From Promethearchaeota archaeon (lineage in GTDB: Archaea > Asgardarchaeota > Lokiarchaeia > Sigyniarchaeales > SOKP01), in NCBI GenBank assembly GCA_018238625.1, contig JABCSY010000005.1, positions 16,746-80,745 on the forward strand: a DNA stretch of 64,000 bases, in the 5' to 3' direction. The notes beneath the pieces were generated by a model. That model saw only the letters and a program-made list of their open reading frames with translations. It ran no database searches and had not been told where the DNA came from. Of this stretch, positions 1 to 9,855 are shown in pieces. Numbering within the stretch: the stretch's first letter is position 1; each line of letters starts with the position of its first letter. Both the position numbers and the translations under genes were made by a program.

Positions 1-14
1 GGAGCTAAAAGAAA

Positions 15-803
15 ATGCCGTTTTTTGAAAATGAAGGCGTGAAAATACATTATGAAATCGAAGGAAACGGTCCGGATTTGATAATGATCCATGGATTCGC
101 CACAAGTATCAAAATCAATTGGAAATTAACAAGCTGGATTAAAACTTTAAAAGATAATAACAGGTTAATTTTGATAGATTGCCGCGGTCATGGAAAGAGC
201 GACAAACCCACGGATCCAGCTCAATATGGCAAAAAAATGATGGAAGATATTGTGAAATTGATGGATCATTTGTCTATTGGAAAAGCAAATTTCTTTGGGT
301 ATTCCATGGGCGGAAGTATAACCTTCGGCTTATTACTACACGAACCTAATAGAGTTAAAAGCGCAGTATTAGGGGGATTTATTCCTTCTCAAATTAACCG
401 TGAACAGTTGGAGCAATCTAACAAACCTATGATCAATGCCTTTAGTGCTGAAAGCGTTGAACAAGTAAAAAGCCCCATAGCTAAGCAGTTTCGTAAGTTC
501 GCTGAATCAACTGGCGCAGATTTGAAAGCTTTAATTGCTGTCATGGAGGGGTTCGCTCGCGATGTAGACGATATTTTTTCGTCTTTCTCAGAAATGAAAT
601 TAACGTTCAAAAAAATTAAAGTACCCGTGTTATCTGTCTTAGGTTCTGACGATGCATTGATGCCTAACAAAACTTTAATCGCAGAATTGATCCCAGGAGC
701 TTGTCATTTTCAGATCCAAGGTAAAGATCACTCAACCGTACTTTTTGATCCAAAGTTTCACATGGTTGTTAAAGCTTTTTTGAAATTTGTAAATAAGAAG
801 TAA
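15..803 (+). CDS. alpha/beta-fold hydrolase
   Basis: IHG oxyanion motif, DCRGHGKS, nucleophile elbow GYSMG, C-terminal His (GKDH). Confidence 0.9.
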   Translation: MPFFENEGVKIHYEIEGNGPDLIMIHGFATSIKINWKLTSWIKTLKDNNRLILIDCRGHGKSDKPTDPAQYGKKMMEDIVKLMDHLSIGKANFFGYSMGGSITFGLLLHEPNRVKSAVLGGFIPSQINREQLEQSNKPMINAFSAESVEQVKSPIAKQFRKFAESTGADLKALIAVMEGFARDVDDIFSSFSEMKLTFKKIKVPVLSVLGSDDALMPNKTLIAELIPGACHFQIQGKDHSTVLFDPKFHMVVKAFLKFVNKK

Positions 804-860
804 CTAAGCGTTCTTTATGGGATATAAATATTAAATATCAAACAAAGATTAATACAAATA

Positions 861-1067
861 ATGAATAAACGAATTAAGGAAATTTTAAAAACCCTACCGC
901 TCTTATTTGTCTTTTTAATCGCAACAATTTTCTCAGTTACGTTTCTTGCAACGGGGAACTTTAGTAATTGGGTTGAGTATCAGATTGTTATAATTATAAT
1001 GGTTACCTTAATTTATATTACGGGTTTTTTTTTCTTCACAATTTTTCATTACGTTATTCGAAATTGA
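861..1067 (+). CDS. small two-TM membrane protein; its stop codon is supplied by the IS right end
   Basis: two hydrophobic stretches; TGA at 1065-1067 lies within the TTGA (TCAA on minus) end of the adjacent IS. Confidence 0.6.
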   Translation: MNKRIKEILKTLPLLFVFLIATIFSVTFLATGNFSNWVEYQIVIIIMVTLIYITGFFFFTIFHYVIRN

Positions 1068-1250
1068 ACAACCATAACCTAAAGGTTATGGATTCGTAGG
1101 TTAGACTTTCAACACTACCGGATGGTTCAAGCACCCTCTATCCCCTATCCACTTGGATTTAGGGACTCCTTTTTGTAGAATGTTTCTTGAAGCGTTCACA
1201 TCGGCGTTTAGAACAACTCCGCAATCTTTACAAACGTATAGTCCACGATA
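1044..1250 (-). ncRNA. predicted omega/re-RNA: 3' end of tnpB, right end and about 20-nt flanking guide (TTTCGAATAACGTAATGAAA)
   Basis: known TnpB architecture applied to the right end seen here; the 5' boundary is a guess. Confidence 0.45.
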
Positions 1251-2397
1251 CTTGCGATTTGACTTGCGTACGACTCCACACGAAGAGCACATTTGCGAAG
1301 TATATTCTTCGGTGATTCTCACTACTTTAATTCCAACCATCTCAGATTTATATTCAATTTGCTGGACAAGTTTTAAAAACGGCACGGAAACAAAGTTCTG
1401 GTTGTTTCTTTTCCCTATCTTAATTTTCTGCTTCCACCCCTCGTTATATCCGATAACAATCGTTCCGATATCGTTAGAGATGCAGTGATTGACTATTTTT
1501 CGGGAAGTCTTGTGAAAGAAATCCCTTATTTTATTGTTTCGCTTTCGATGAAACTTCAAAATGCGTCCCGTGACATTCGTGTCGTTGCACTTTTTCGCCA
1601 TGGACTTGTATTTTGACAGTTGCTTGTTGTAGAATTGATTGATTGACTTTACAACACCGCCCTTGATAATCAATGGCTTGTTTCCAATGTTATCTGACGC
1701 AGTTACGATATTGTTAAGTCCTAGATCGATTCCTAATGCGTTATTTTCGTTCAAGTGCAAGTCTTTTGGCTCGTAATCGTAGATTAATTCAATATTGTAT
1801 CGATCTCCGAAAGGAACGATGCGAACGCCTTTTACGCTTTTTAACGCGGTTTTTATTTTAGGAAAACCTAAGTTCTCCATCTTTTGTGTGAGTAATACGT
1901 GTCCATTCTTTAGCCTACATTGTAAGGAAGTGAAATAGACTACATTATGACCGTTTTTACGCTTGTAACGAGGAAGCTTTGGTATTCCCTTAAATTTAGA
2001 CCGTTCGCTTTTCCAAACCTTGATTGCTTTAAAGAAACTCTTGAAATTTCTATCTACTTGTTTTAGGACTTGCTGTGGCGGATGAGACCCGCACGATTCT
2101 TGTAGTTTTCTATACGATTCGTGAGTTTTTAGCAATTTCCACAACTCGTTATATCGAATCCAATGATGGTCCTTGAAAAATCGTTGTCGCACGGTATATG
2201 TCGCCACATTAAACAGGTTTTTAGAAAGAAAAGTTATCTCATCCAAAAGATTTAATCGTTTGAATTGAACTTGTTGAACGAGTTGCATTAATTATAACGT
2301 GGAGTATTTCGTATTTAAAGAAATAGGGGTATAATTTTTACTGATTAATGCAAATTTAACACAACTCTAAAGGGATGCGTTTTCTTTTGCGAAAGCG
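1064..2397 (-). mobile_element. IS200/IS605-family element, tnpB only (IS1341-like, non-autonomous)
   Basis: right end (minus strand): GAAT, perfect hairpin CCATAACCT-TT-AGGTTATGG (1072-1091), terminal TCAA (1064-1067); left end: imperfect hairpin 2358-2381 with AAAA at its 5' foot, TTTAT target motif at 2398-2402; no tnpA. Confidence 0.85.
1101..2288 (-). CDS. tnpB: TnpB RNA-guided endonuclease (IS605 OrfB)
   Basis: RuvC-I GIDLG, TEEYTS followed by Zn ribbon CSSC..CKDC, RuvC-III NADVNAS. Confidence 0.95.
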   Translation of the reverse strand: MQLVQQVQFKRLNLLDEITFLSKNLFNVATYTVRQRFFKDHHWIRYNELWKLLKTHESYRKLQESCGSHPPQQVLKQVDRNFKSFFKAIKVWKSERSKFKGIPKLPRYKRKNGHNVVYFTSLQCRLKNGHVLLTQKMENLGFPKIKTALKSVKGVRIVPFGDRYNIELIYDYEPKDLHLNENNALGIDLGLNNIVTASDNIGNKPLIIKGGVVKSINQFYNKQLSKYKSMAKKCNDTNVTGRILKFHRKRNNKIRDFFHKTSRKIVNHCISNDIGTIVIGYNEGWKQKIKIGKRNNQNFVSVPFLKLVQQIEYKSEMVGIKVVRITEEYTSQMCSSCGVVRKSNRKYRGLYVCKDCGVVLNADVNASRNILQKGVPKSKWIGDRGCLNHPVVLKV

Positions 2398-2409
2398 ATA
2401 AAAATCGAA

Positions 2410-3132
2410 TCAACTATTTACTGCTTTAATTATAGCGTTGGCTATTGCTTTGACTAAAATATTGGTACGATCAAAATCTAAGCGGATTTGTTTTGCGACT
2501 TCGATTTGAATAGCGCTAACTTTACTTCTGTTGTAAAACTGATGCGTAATGTATCCTCCTGAATATGATAGATTAAAATCTGTTAGGGCTAATCCATCGT
2601 CCAACACAAAGAATTTAGATATTTCGTATTGTAATTGAGCACAGCCCCAATATCTATTACAATCTTGTTCTTTTGAATTTTCAAGAAGATCAAGAGTTTT
2701 GCCAAAGATGTGGCCAAATATCACGTCAGGATATCCCTTGTAAGGTTTTGTGAACCCGTGAAAGTCAATTATCAAAGCTCTATTGTGCTTTGAAACGCAC
2801 TCTTGAGCAAAATTATTTAATTGGTCTTGATACGCGCGAAAGATGTTTTGAGCTTCGGCAGAAGAATGATTAAAAGCGCTTTTAGAGTGAGGTGGTCTGT
2901 TTAAATCAATTTTACTTCTATGAATTTTACTTAAGATGGAATAAATATCGATGTTTTTTACTTTAAGTTGTTTGATTATTAATTTTGCTATGAAGAAAGT
3001 GTTCTTATCGGCAATTTTCACCCCAGTAGTTTTGTTTAATATCCTTTTTGGCTTTTTATAGCCTCCGTGAGGGCACGATAAGATTACTGGTGTGTTACCT
3101 TTTTCGACTTCAAAATATCTACTTAAATCCAT
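2410..3132 (-). CDS. N-formylglutamate amidohydrolase family protein
   Basis: SCPHGG, IDLNR, IDFHGF, YSGGYIT and AIQIE motifs. Confidence 0.8.
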   Translation of the reverse strand: MDLSRYFEVEKGNTPVILSCPHGGYKKPKRILNKTTGVKIADKNTFFIAKLIIKQLKVKNIDIYSILSKIHRSKIDLNRPPHSKSAFNHSSAEAQNIFRAYQDQLNNFAQECVSKHNRALIIDFHGFTKPYKGYPDVIFGHIFGKTLDLLENSKEQDCNRYWGCAQLQYEISKFFVLDDGLALTDFNLSYSGGYITHQFYNRSKVSAIQIEVAKQIRLDFDRTNILVKAIANAIIKAVNS

Positions 3133-3397
3133 TCAATATAAAAAATTAACATCGAATTATAAAGTTTGATAAAATGCTACGAAGTTCACAACTAAATTTT
3201 TTTAACGCGTATTTTAAGCTAAAAGAGATTCGAATTTATTTATGTCGTTAACTATTCTGAGCTTACTGTTAAACTCGTTGCAGTTTATCATTAATATAAT
3301 AATAAAAATTTTCATAATGTTTTTTAAATTTGTTACTTTTTATTTATTACATTTAAGTAAAATTAGATGTTACCATTTAACTAAGGTAAGGGATAAT

Positions 3398-3685
3398 ATG
3401 ACTATTGACGATTTGATAAATTTTTTAAAGAAGAAAGGTTTTAGAGATACTTTGGAAGTCCTTATTCAATTTAAGGGTTATAAAACGGATAAGCATACTT
3501 TTTACAACGAATTGAATAAATTTAGCTATTATAATTCGTTTTTCCGGGTAAAAGAAGACTTAATTGACAAAGGACTTATCTCAATTGAATTAAATAACAA
3601 GAAAAAGTATGTTCAACTAACCGATAAAGGTTTAGATGTGTACAATAAGTTAGTCGAAATTAATAAACTGATAAATAACAAATAA
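3398..3685 (+). CDS. small winged-helix protein (start moved to ATG 3398)
   Basis: LIDKGLI..YVQLTDKG wing motif; the upstream extension of the ORF is low-complexity AT-rich sequence. Confidence 0.7.
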   Translation: MTIDDLINFLKKKGFRDTLEVLIQFKGYKTDKHTFYNELNKFSYYNSFFRVKEDLIDKGLISIELNNKKKYVQLTDKGLDVYNKLVEINKLINNK

Positions 3686-3780
3686 ATTGTAGACTTCGTT
3701 TAGTACTAAATCTCAAAAACCTAGAAAATATTTTTTTTCTTTTATCCTTTTTCAGATAAAAGAATTTTGTTTTCGAATTT

Positions 3781-4425
3781 GTGAGCAAAAAAATTATGAT
3801 TTTCAAGAAGCTGGTTGTTGGACCTTTAGCTACCAATTGTTACATCTTTGGTTCTAACGAAACAAAAGATATCGTTGTAATAGATCCCGGTGGAGATGGA
3901 AACGCTATTATTAACCTTATCGAACAAGTAGGAGGAAACCCTATCGCGGTTTTACTGACTCACGGACACTTCGATCATACTACTAGAGTTGGACAAATTA
4001 TGCGCCATTTTCAAATACCATTGATGTATAGTAGAAAAGAACACGAATCTGGGACTTTCCAAAAGGAAGCTAATCGGTGGTTAGCCGAGGGTGATTCGAT
4101 AAATATTGGAGAAATTAACCTTCGCGCTTTAGAAACGCCTGGTCATAGCCCAGGGTCGTTATGCTTTTATTCTTCAGATGTCAAGGAATTTAACGGCAAA
4201 AAAATTGACGGTATTTTATTTTCGGGCGATTTATTATTCAGAGGGAGCATTGGAAGATCGGATTTCCAGGGAGGCGATCAAAATCTTTTATTCGCAAGTA
4301 TTAAAAATAAAATTATGTTCAATAAATCCCTCACTGACGATTTTCTCGTCTGCCCCGGACATATGGGATTGACTTCAATAGGGGAAGAAAAAGCACATAA
4401 CATGTTTAGGAAATATTTTCTTTAA
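3781..4425 (+). CDS. MBL-fold metallo-hydrolase (glyoxalase II-like)
   Basis: THGHFDH, TPGHSPG, FSGD and CPGH motifs. Confidence 0.92.
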   Translation: MSKKIMIFKKLVVGPLATNCYIFGSNETKDIVVIDPGGDGNAIINLIEQVGGNPIAVLLTHGHFDHTTRVGQIMRHFQIPLMYSRKEHESGTFQKEANRWLAEGDSINIGEINLRALETPGHSPGSLCFYSSDVKEFNGKKIDGILFSGDLLFRGSIGRSDFQGGDQNLLFASIKNKIMFNKSLTDDFLVCPGHMGLTSIGEEKAHNMFRKYFL

Positions 4426-4510
4426 TAACTTGATTTAATAACTAGTTTTTAGTTTAAAAAATTTAAAAAGAAAACTATAACTGATAAAATTAAAACAATA
4501 AAAGATTGAT

Positions 4511-4795
4511 TTACTTTAGGATAATTAGAATAAGTTGTTCTTCCAAAGCTATCATAGTCTCGCCCTTTGATGTCTCTAAACGTATGAATTTCAGGCCACC
4601 TTCTTTTAAGGCTTTAACGACTTGCTGTCCCTTCCCAATTAACGATGTTACATAAGCAGATATTTCTTCGCTTATTTCAATATTCATGTTAGAATCTATT
4701 GGTAAACCGCTCGAGTCGCAAATGATAACCCCACGAATTCCCTCGCGTTCTTCAAACTTTCGTATGATCTCTTTGACTTCTCTTCTATTAATCAA
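4511..4795 (-). CDS. Roadblock/LC7 domain protein (short form)
   Basis: helix, GIRGVIICDSSGLPI, helix, three strands; TTG start. Confidence 0.85.
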   Translation of the reverse strand: MINRREVKEIIRKFEEREGIRGVIICDSSGLPIDSNMNIEISEEISAYVTSLIGKGQQVVKALKEGGLKFIRLETSKGETMIALEEQLILIILK

Positions 4796-5113
4796 TTTAA
4801 CTTCTCTCTCATTATTTTTTTATCTGATTTTAAGATCTATAACCTATAATATTTAATTATTATAATAAAGTAAAGGCTTAAAAATTATTACTAAAATAAT
4901 AAAAATAAGATTTTACTTAATTAAATCAAATCAACGAATTGCTATTTAAGATCTAAACTTTATTTTTTCGCTTTTTTTTTATATTTTTGATAAATTTAAA
5001 TTTCTTTAAAATATATATATATTTAAGAGTTTATTTAGACTAACTTGAGTAATCTAATACAGAATTCAAATTTACATTGATAAATATAAATATAGATAAA
5101 GAGTAGTATTTTT

Positions 5114-5467
5114 ATGGTAGACAAAAAAGTTATTGAAAAAAAATTAGCAGAATTATTTGACATAGTTCCTGAAACAGAAGGCTTAATAGTCTCTGATCTG
5201 GACGGTAAAGTTATTATCGGACAAACGATTACAGATATGAATCACAGCGCGATAGCAAAAACTTGCGTCGCCATAATAAAATATTCGAGCACTATGGGTG
5301 ATAATATCAGTAAAGGAGGATTTCAAGCTGCTACTATCGATCTAGAAAACGGTTATGCTGTAATCGTCAAGTCAGACGCAATACTCCTAATTGCTTTAGC
5401 AGGATTAGATGGAAAGGCATCTTTAAGTCTTCTAAAAAGAAACCTAATTTCAATTTCAAAGATATAA
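5114..5467 (+). CDS. Roadblock/LC7 (MglB/LAMTOR-like) protein with C-terminal helix
   Basis: EGLIVSDLDGKVI strand pair, KGG-strand, C-terminal ASLSLLKRNL helix. Confidence 0.8.
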   Translation: MVDKKVIEKKLAELFDIVPETEGLIVSDLDGKVIIGQTITDMNHSAIAKTCVAIIKYSSTMGDNISKGGFQAATIDLENGYAVIVKSDAILLIALAGLDGKASLSLLKRNLISISKI

Positions 5468-5528
5468 TTTTATTTCCTCTTTTTTAGAAAATTTGCTAAA
5501 AGAAAGTTAAAAAAAGTAGATTTGATTT

Positions 5529-8500
5529 TTATTTTTTATCTTTAAGACCTTTTTCTTCTAATAAAGAATCTAAATCTGTTGCTGGCTTTTCTGTCTTAAT
5601 TTCTTTTTGTTTCTGTTTTTTAGACAATTTTTTACTCGCTTTTTTTGCCGGCATTTTTTTGGGTTCTTCTTTGGGTAATTCACTTACACTAACATATCTT
5701 CCTCTTCTTGGTTTTTTCTTAGAAGGTTCTTCGATAGGAGTTTCAATTTTCTCCGTAGTTCTTTTGACATATAAGTACATTACGCCCCATAATAACGCAA
5801 AAATACCGATCATAATTAGCGTAAAGAAAACGGTGATGTAATTTGCAAGAGGTATGTCGTAAATTTCAAATGTTTTTATCGTTTGAACGGTTATGTTCTC
5901 ATGTGTTAATTCGTTCGTTGCTTCTATTAATACTGTAATCGTCATCTCATTTATAGCAGGAACATCTATAGATATTAATAAGTCTGTAGATTCTCCGGGT
6001 TGGAAGTTATTTAATATTAAATAATTTATCTCAACAATGCTATGCGTTAAAGAAGGTGCGATTATAATAGATATCCTTGAACTCGAAATAGCTAGTATTG
6101 AATCGCCAATATTAGTTAATGTTATTTTCATTGTTGTTTTACCGTTTCTAGTAATCTGATTTACGTTCGATACAATTCCCAAAGATATGTTGTTAGATAC
6201 TTTGTACAAAGACACAGAGATATTTTGCGAATTCTCTAAAATATACTGTTCTCCTTGCCAAGTGAGCCTAAATAGAAGGTCATCTTCACGTAGTAGCGAT
6301 AGAGTATCAATCTCAAAGCTTGTAACTCCATTAGCACCCGAAATTTGAGATGAAACGTTTTCCCATAAACCACTATCAAAATATTGGCAAGTAACATTCT
6401 TATTTGAAATTTCTTCTCCGAATTCGGTAGTTAACACAGAACTAATGTTAAATTTTTGTCCGTAAATTGGTGTTTGAGGATTAATTATAATATCAGAGAA
6501 TTTGCTATTTACTTTCAAGGAAAATGAATCGATAAATTGATTATAACTGCTTACGAAGTTTTTGTCATATATGTTTACGACAAATGTTGTTTGATTAGGC
6601 ATGTATTGGCACACATCTCTTTCAAACGGTTTTAATATCGAAGCTCCTGTAATTTCCTCGTCGTATTTTAAAGTTATGATATAACCTTCAAATTCATTTT
6701 GAGTGCTATTTATTATCAATGAGTACTCATTACTTTCAAAAGTATCAACTTCATGACTTTCTCCTGAGTATTCAAAATAGACCGTAAATATTGTTTTAGC
6801 TCCTCCTTTTCTAACGGGCGCGTTTACTCCTTGCCAAACTCCGTCTGCTTGAAGAGTTGGTATTGTAAGACTTACGGAAAAGTCTTGCGTGTCAGCACCG
6901 TTAGGTGTTCCACTTGTTTTTAGACTTTCTACATCAGTGTACTTCTCAGCAATTATCCATTCTTCGTTAACCAGAGACACTAATTGAACTTTTAATTTTA
7001 CATCCAAATCGATAAAATCGTGCAAATTTTGAATTGTTACGCCTATTTTGATATCTTCATTGGGATTAAGAAGAGTTTCATTTTGCAAAAAGGTTTTTAC
7101 TAGTATTGGTATCTCTTCGCCGTTTATTTCATAAATAAATTGTTGATTTATGTCAGAGTTATTAACCGCGTAAAAATCTGGATAATAATTATCATCTGTT
7201 ACATTTATTGTACCAATCAACATTGAATAACTTTCATAAACTTTGTCTACAATGCCGTCAAGGATGTTTTGGTCTAGGATTGGTTCGTAAAATAAACTAT
7301 TCATATTAATGCCATAAGTGTCAATATATAATTTCAGTTTCTTACATCCAACTGCGGAACCATTCTCCCAGAAATAGCCTAAATAATAATTTCCAAGGAG
7401 AGGTGTATCTTTGGTAACATCTAAAATAGTTTGGTTATTGAAGTCATATACAAGCGTAGTACCTTTAATCATTCCTGCTCCTGAATTCATTTCTCCTCCT
7501 GGAAATATGGTGCTATTATCTGGATAAAACAGTTTAACATTTGCATTGCCACTTGTGGGTGGTATACCGTTGGGACCTTGGATATCAACGCCTACAGATA
7601 TATTATCTCCATACATAAATCCATTTGTCTCCCATAAAATTCCATTGTAATTAATGTAACTATGCATCTCATCTATGAGGTTACTACTCGTTAAATTAAG
7701 AGAGTAGATTCCGTCAATGCCTTTAACTACGGCGCTAGTAATAGCTGTAAAATCATACGATGGGTTAGCGTCAAAATTAGTCTCTCCTCCTGTGCTATTT
7801 ACCACCTCTCCGTAAATCTCATCGTAATTTGGATTAATTAAGCTTTTTGCATCCCAATCGTTGGGATATACAAACCAAAATTCAAGGAAGTTCCAATTAT
7901 CAAGATTAGCATCACTTAAATCTAAAGTGTAATTTAAATCCCATCTCGGAGTTGTATCGTACGATACCTCATAATAACTATTCGCGTTTTCTACCCAATA
8001 ACCCTTTACTGTATAAGTAACATTGAATTTAAACCCTGAAATAATGCTACTATTCCATGTGAGATCTATTTGTAAATTATTTGAAATACTTTCAATTTCG
8101 ACTGTAAAGTTATTGTTCCATTGCCCTTTTCCCCAAGTTAAGGATGAGCTTACATCATAAGGGGGCTCGCTGATAATTTGATCTTCTATTGAAATATCTT
8201 GTATTCTTAGCGTATCTTGACTATCGTCAGGATTAATAAAGTCAGAAGGCATATATCCGCGCGTTACGTTCAATTTAAAAACTGTTGCATCTAATTCTTC
8301 AGATTCGTAGCCTGGAGTCACTTGTTTTTTGGCAACATTCCAGGTTAGACCATCGTCATTAGTCGTTCTTAATTGATGATCTACAGTAGAATTTGGATCG
8401 CCAAAAGTTTGTCTGGGAAGCGTTACTAAACTAAATATTTTATCTGTATGGTTTGATTTAATTACTATGAAATAATTATAGAGTTTTAGATTTTGAGTGT

Positions 8501-9695
8501 TCGCTTGGTTAAATTCGAAATAGGATAAAGAATCTCCATTATAATTGCTAATTATTATTGAATCGATTAATTTTGCGTTGTCAGGTTTTAAATTATTTGA
8601 TATTAAATTAGCTTGAGTTCTCGTTATTGTTGCATTAGCTTCGTATAAAGTTATATTTAGTTCTGCGGAAAGGGCTTCAGTAAGGTTTAATGTTCTTATC
8701 CAAGCGTAAAAACCGTTTACTGCCGAACTCTTTCCCTTCAAATCAAACTCTAAAGCGACATATTCATTATTGGTAATAGGTAAATCAAATACATAAGTAG
8801 AATCCAATTTGAATTCTCTTAACGAAAGGACAAAGTCATTGCTATCAAATCTTTGTAAGTAGAATTGTATCTTACTAATATCGGAGGAGTTAATATAGTT
8901 TAAGTTTTCGTTAACGAATCGGTTTTCAATTGTTTTAGTGCTATTTATAAACACCGTTTCCGTAACGTTTTTCCAAGTGGAGTCAGATATATCAAACATT
9001 TTTAAGGTTAAATAAGCATCCTCATCGATACTATATGAAAAAGTTGAAATTAAGCCTAATATGAAAGATCTATTAAAATCAAGATCATCCCCTAGTACAT
9101 TAAAGATTGTATTAGCAAAACTTGAAGAAATTGTGAAATTTAAAATTCCGTTCGAAGAGTTTAATTCGATATATGTACTAGGATTTTCATCAACAAGCCA
9201 GTCTAAATCTATAGGCTCATTGAGAACCTCTCCAGTATTTACATTCATTGAGGAGTCACCAGTATTATAAGTGAATTTTATGAAATCGCTTGCGTCTAAC
9301 GCGCTTGTATCTTCTATTACGTGATCTGTTGTGTAATTATTCTGGAAAGTGAAGTTTAAATTTCCATAAGTGAGATATGTCGTATCAGATACCGACATAG
9401 AAGGGATATCAAAAGATCCTTGATTATTATCGTTTGAATACGAACTATTTAAAGCGTAAATTCTAACATCTTGTGGGTCTCCTGAACCCGTAGTGTAATA
9501 ATCTGTTAGGTACGGATCAATTTCAGACGAAAGAGGGTTGTTATCGTCATTTAACAAATTTGTTAGTTTGTTATTACTACTATCTAAATATAAACCATTA
9601 AAAATCTGAATATTCACTAAAAGCATAGAAATTATGAATATGCTAACAAAAAAAATTCTTTTAACATCCTTTTTTCGTCGAATCAAATAAACCAA
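5529..9695 (-). CDS. large membrane-anchored cell-surface glycoprotein (1388 aa)
   Basis: N-terminal hydrophobic helix, many N-x-S/T sequons, beta-rich ectodomain, C-terminal TM and Lys-rich tail. Confidence 0.75.
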   Translation of the reverse strand: MVYLIRRKKDVKRIFFVSIFIISMLLVNIQIFNGLYLDSSNNKLTNLLNDDNNPLSSEIDPYLTDYYTTGSGDPQDVRIYALNSSYSNDNNQGSFDIPSMSVSDTTYLTYGNLNFTFQNNYTTDHVIEDTSALDASDFIKFTYNTGDSSMNVNTGEVLNEPIDLDWLVDENPSTYIELNSSNGILNFTISSSFANTIFNVLGDDLDFNRSFILGLISTFSYSIDEDAYLTLKMFDISDSTWKNVTETVFINSTKTIENRFVNENLNYINSSDISKIQFYLQRFDSNDFVLSLREFKLDSTYVFDLPITNNEYVALEFDLKGKSSAVNGFYAWIRTLNLTEALSAELNITLYEANATITRTQANLISNNLKPDNAKLIDSIIISNYNGDSLSYFEFNQANTQNLKLYNYFIVIKSNHTDKIFSLVTLPRQTFGDPNSTVDHQLRTTNDDGLTWNVAKKQVTPGYESEELDATVFKLNVTRGYMPSDFINPDDSQDTLRIQDISIEDQIISEPPYDVSSSLTWGKGQWNNNFTVEIESISNNLQIDLTWNSSIISGFKFNVTYTVKGYWVENANSYYEVSYDTTPRWDLNYTLDLSDANLDNWNFLEFWFVYPNDWDAKSLINPNYDEIYGEVVNSTGGETNFDANPSYDFTAITSAVVKGIDGIYSLNLTSSNLIDEMHSYINYNGILWETNGFMYGDNISVGVDIQGPNGIPPTSGNANVKLFYPDNSTIFPGGEMNSGAGMIKGTTLVYDFNNQTILDVTKDTPLLGNYYLGYFWENGSAVGCKKLKLYIDTYGINMNSLFYEPILDQNILDGIVDKVYESYSMLIGTINVTDDNYYPDFYAVNNSDINQQFIYEINGEEIPILVKTFLQNETLLNPNEDIKIGVTIQNLHDFIDLDVKLKVQLVSLVNEEWIIAEKYTDVESLKTSGTPNGADTQDFSVSLTIPTLQADGVWQGVNAPVRKGGAKTIFTVYFEYSGESHEVDTFESNEYSLIINSTQNEFEGYIITLKYDEEITGASILKPFERDVCQYMPNQTTFVVNIYDKNFVSSYNQFIDSFSLKVNSKFSDIIINPQTPIYGQKFNISSVLTTEFGEEISNKNVTCQYFDSGLWENVSSQISGANGVTSFEIDTLSLLREDDLLFRLTWQGEQYILENSQNISVSLYKVSNNISLGIVSNVNQITRNGKTTMKITLTNIGDSILAISSSRISIIIAPSLTHSIVEINYLILNNFQPGESTDLLISIDVPAINEMTITVLIEATNELTHENITVQTIKTFEIYDIPLANYITVFFTLIMIGIFALLWGVMYLYVKRTTEKIETPIEEPSKKKPRRGRYVSVSELPKEEPKKMPAKKASKKLSKKQKQKEIKTEKPATDLDSLLEEKGLKDKK

Positions 9696-9855
9696 CCGTA
9701 TTTATCAATATTTTAGTTTTTAAAATTATCTAAGAATATTAAAATTTGCTAATTTATTTTAAACTTATCAGTTAGAATACGATATGACAAAATATTATAA
9801 ATGTTCAAAACATTTTTATTATCTAAATTAATCGTGAAGTTGGTTAAATAGGATC

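Noticed and set aside
3242-3397. N-terminal extension of the winged-helix ORF
   Set aside because: AT-rich promoter-like sequence; ATG 3398 with a purine-rich leader is more plausible
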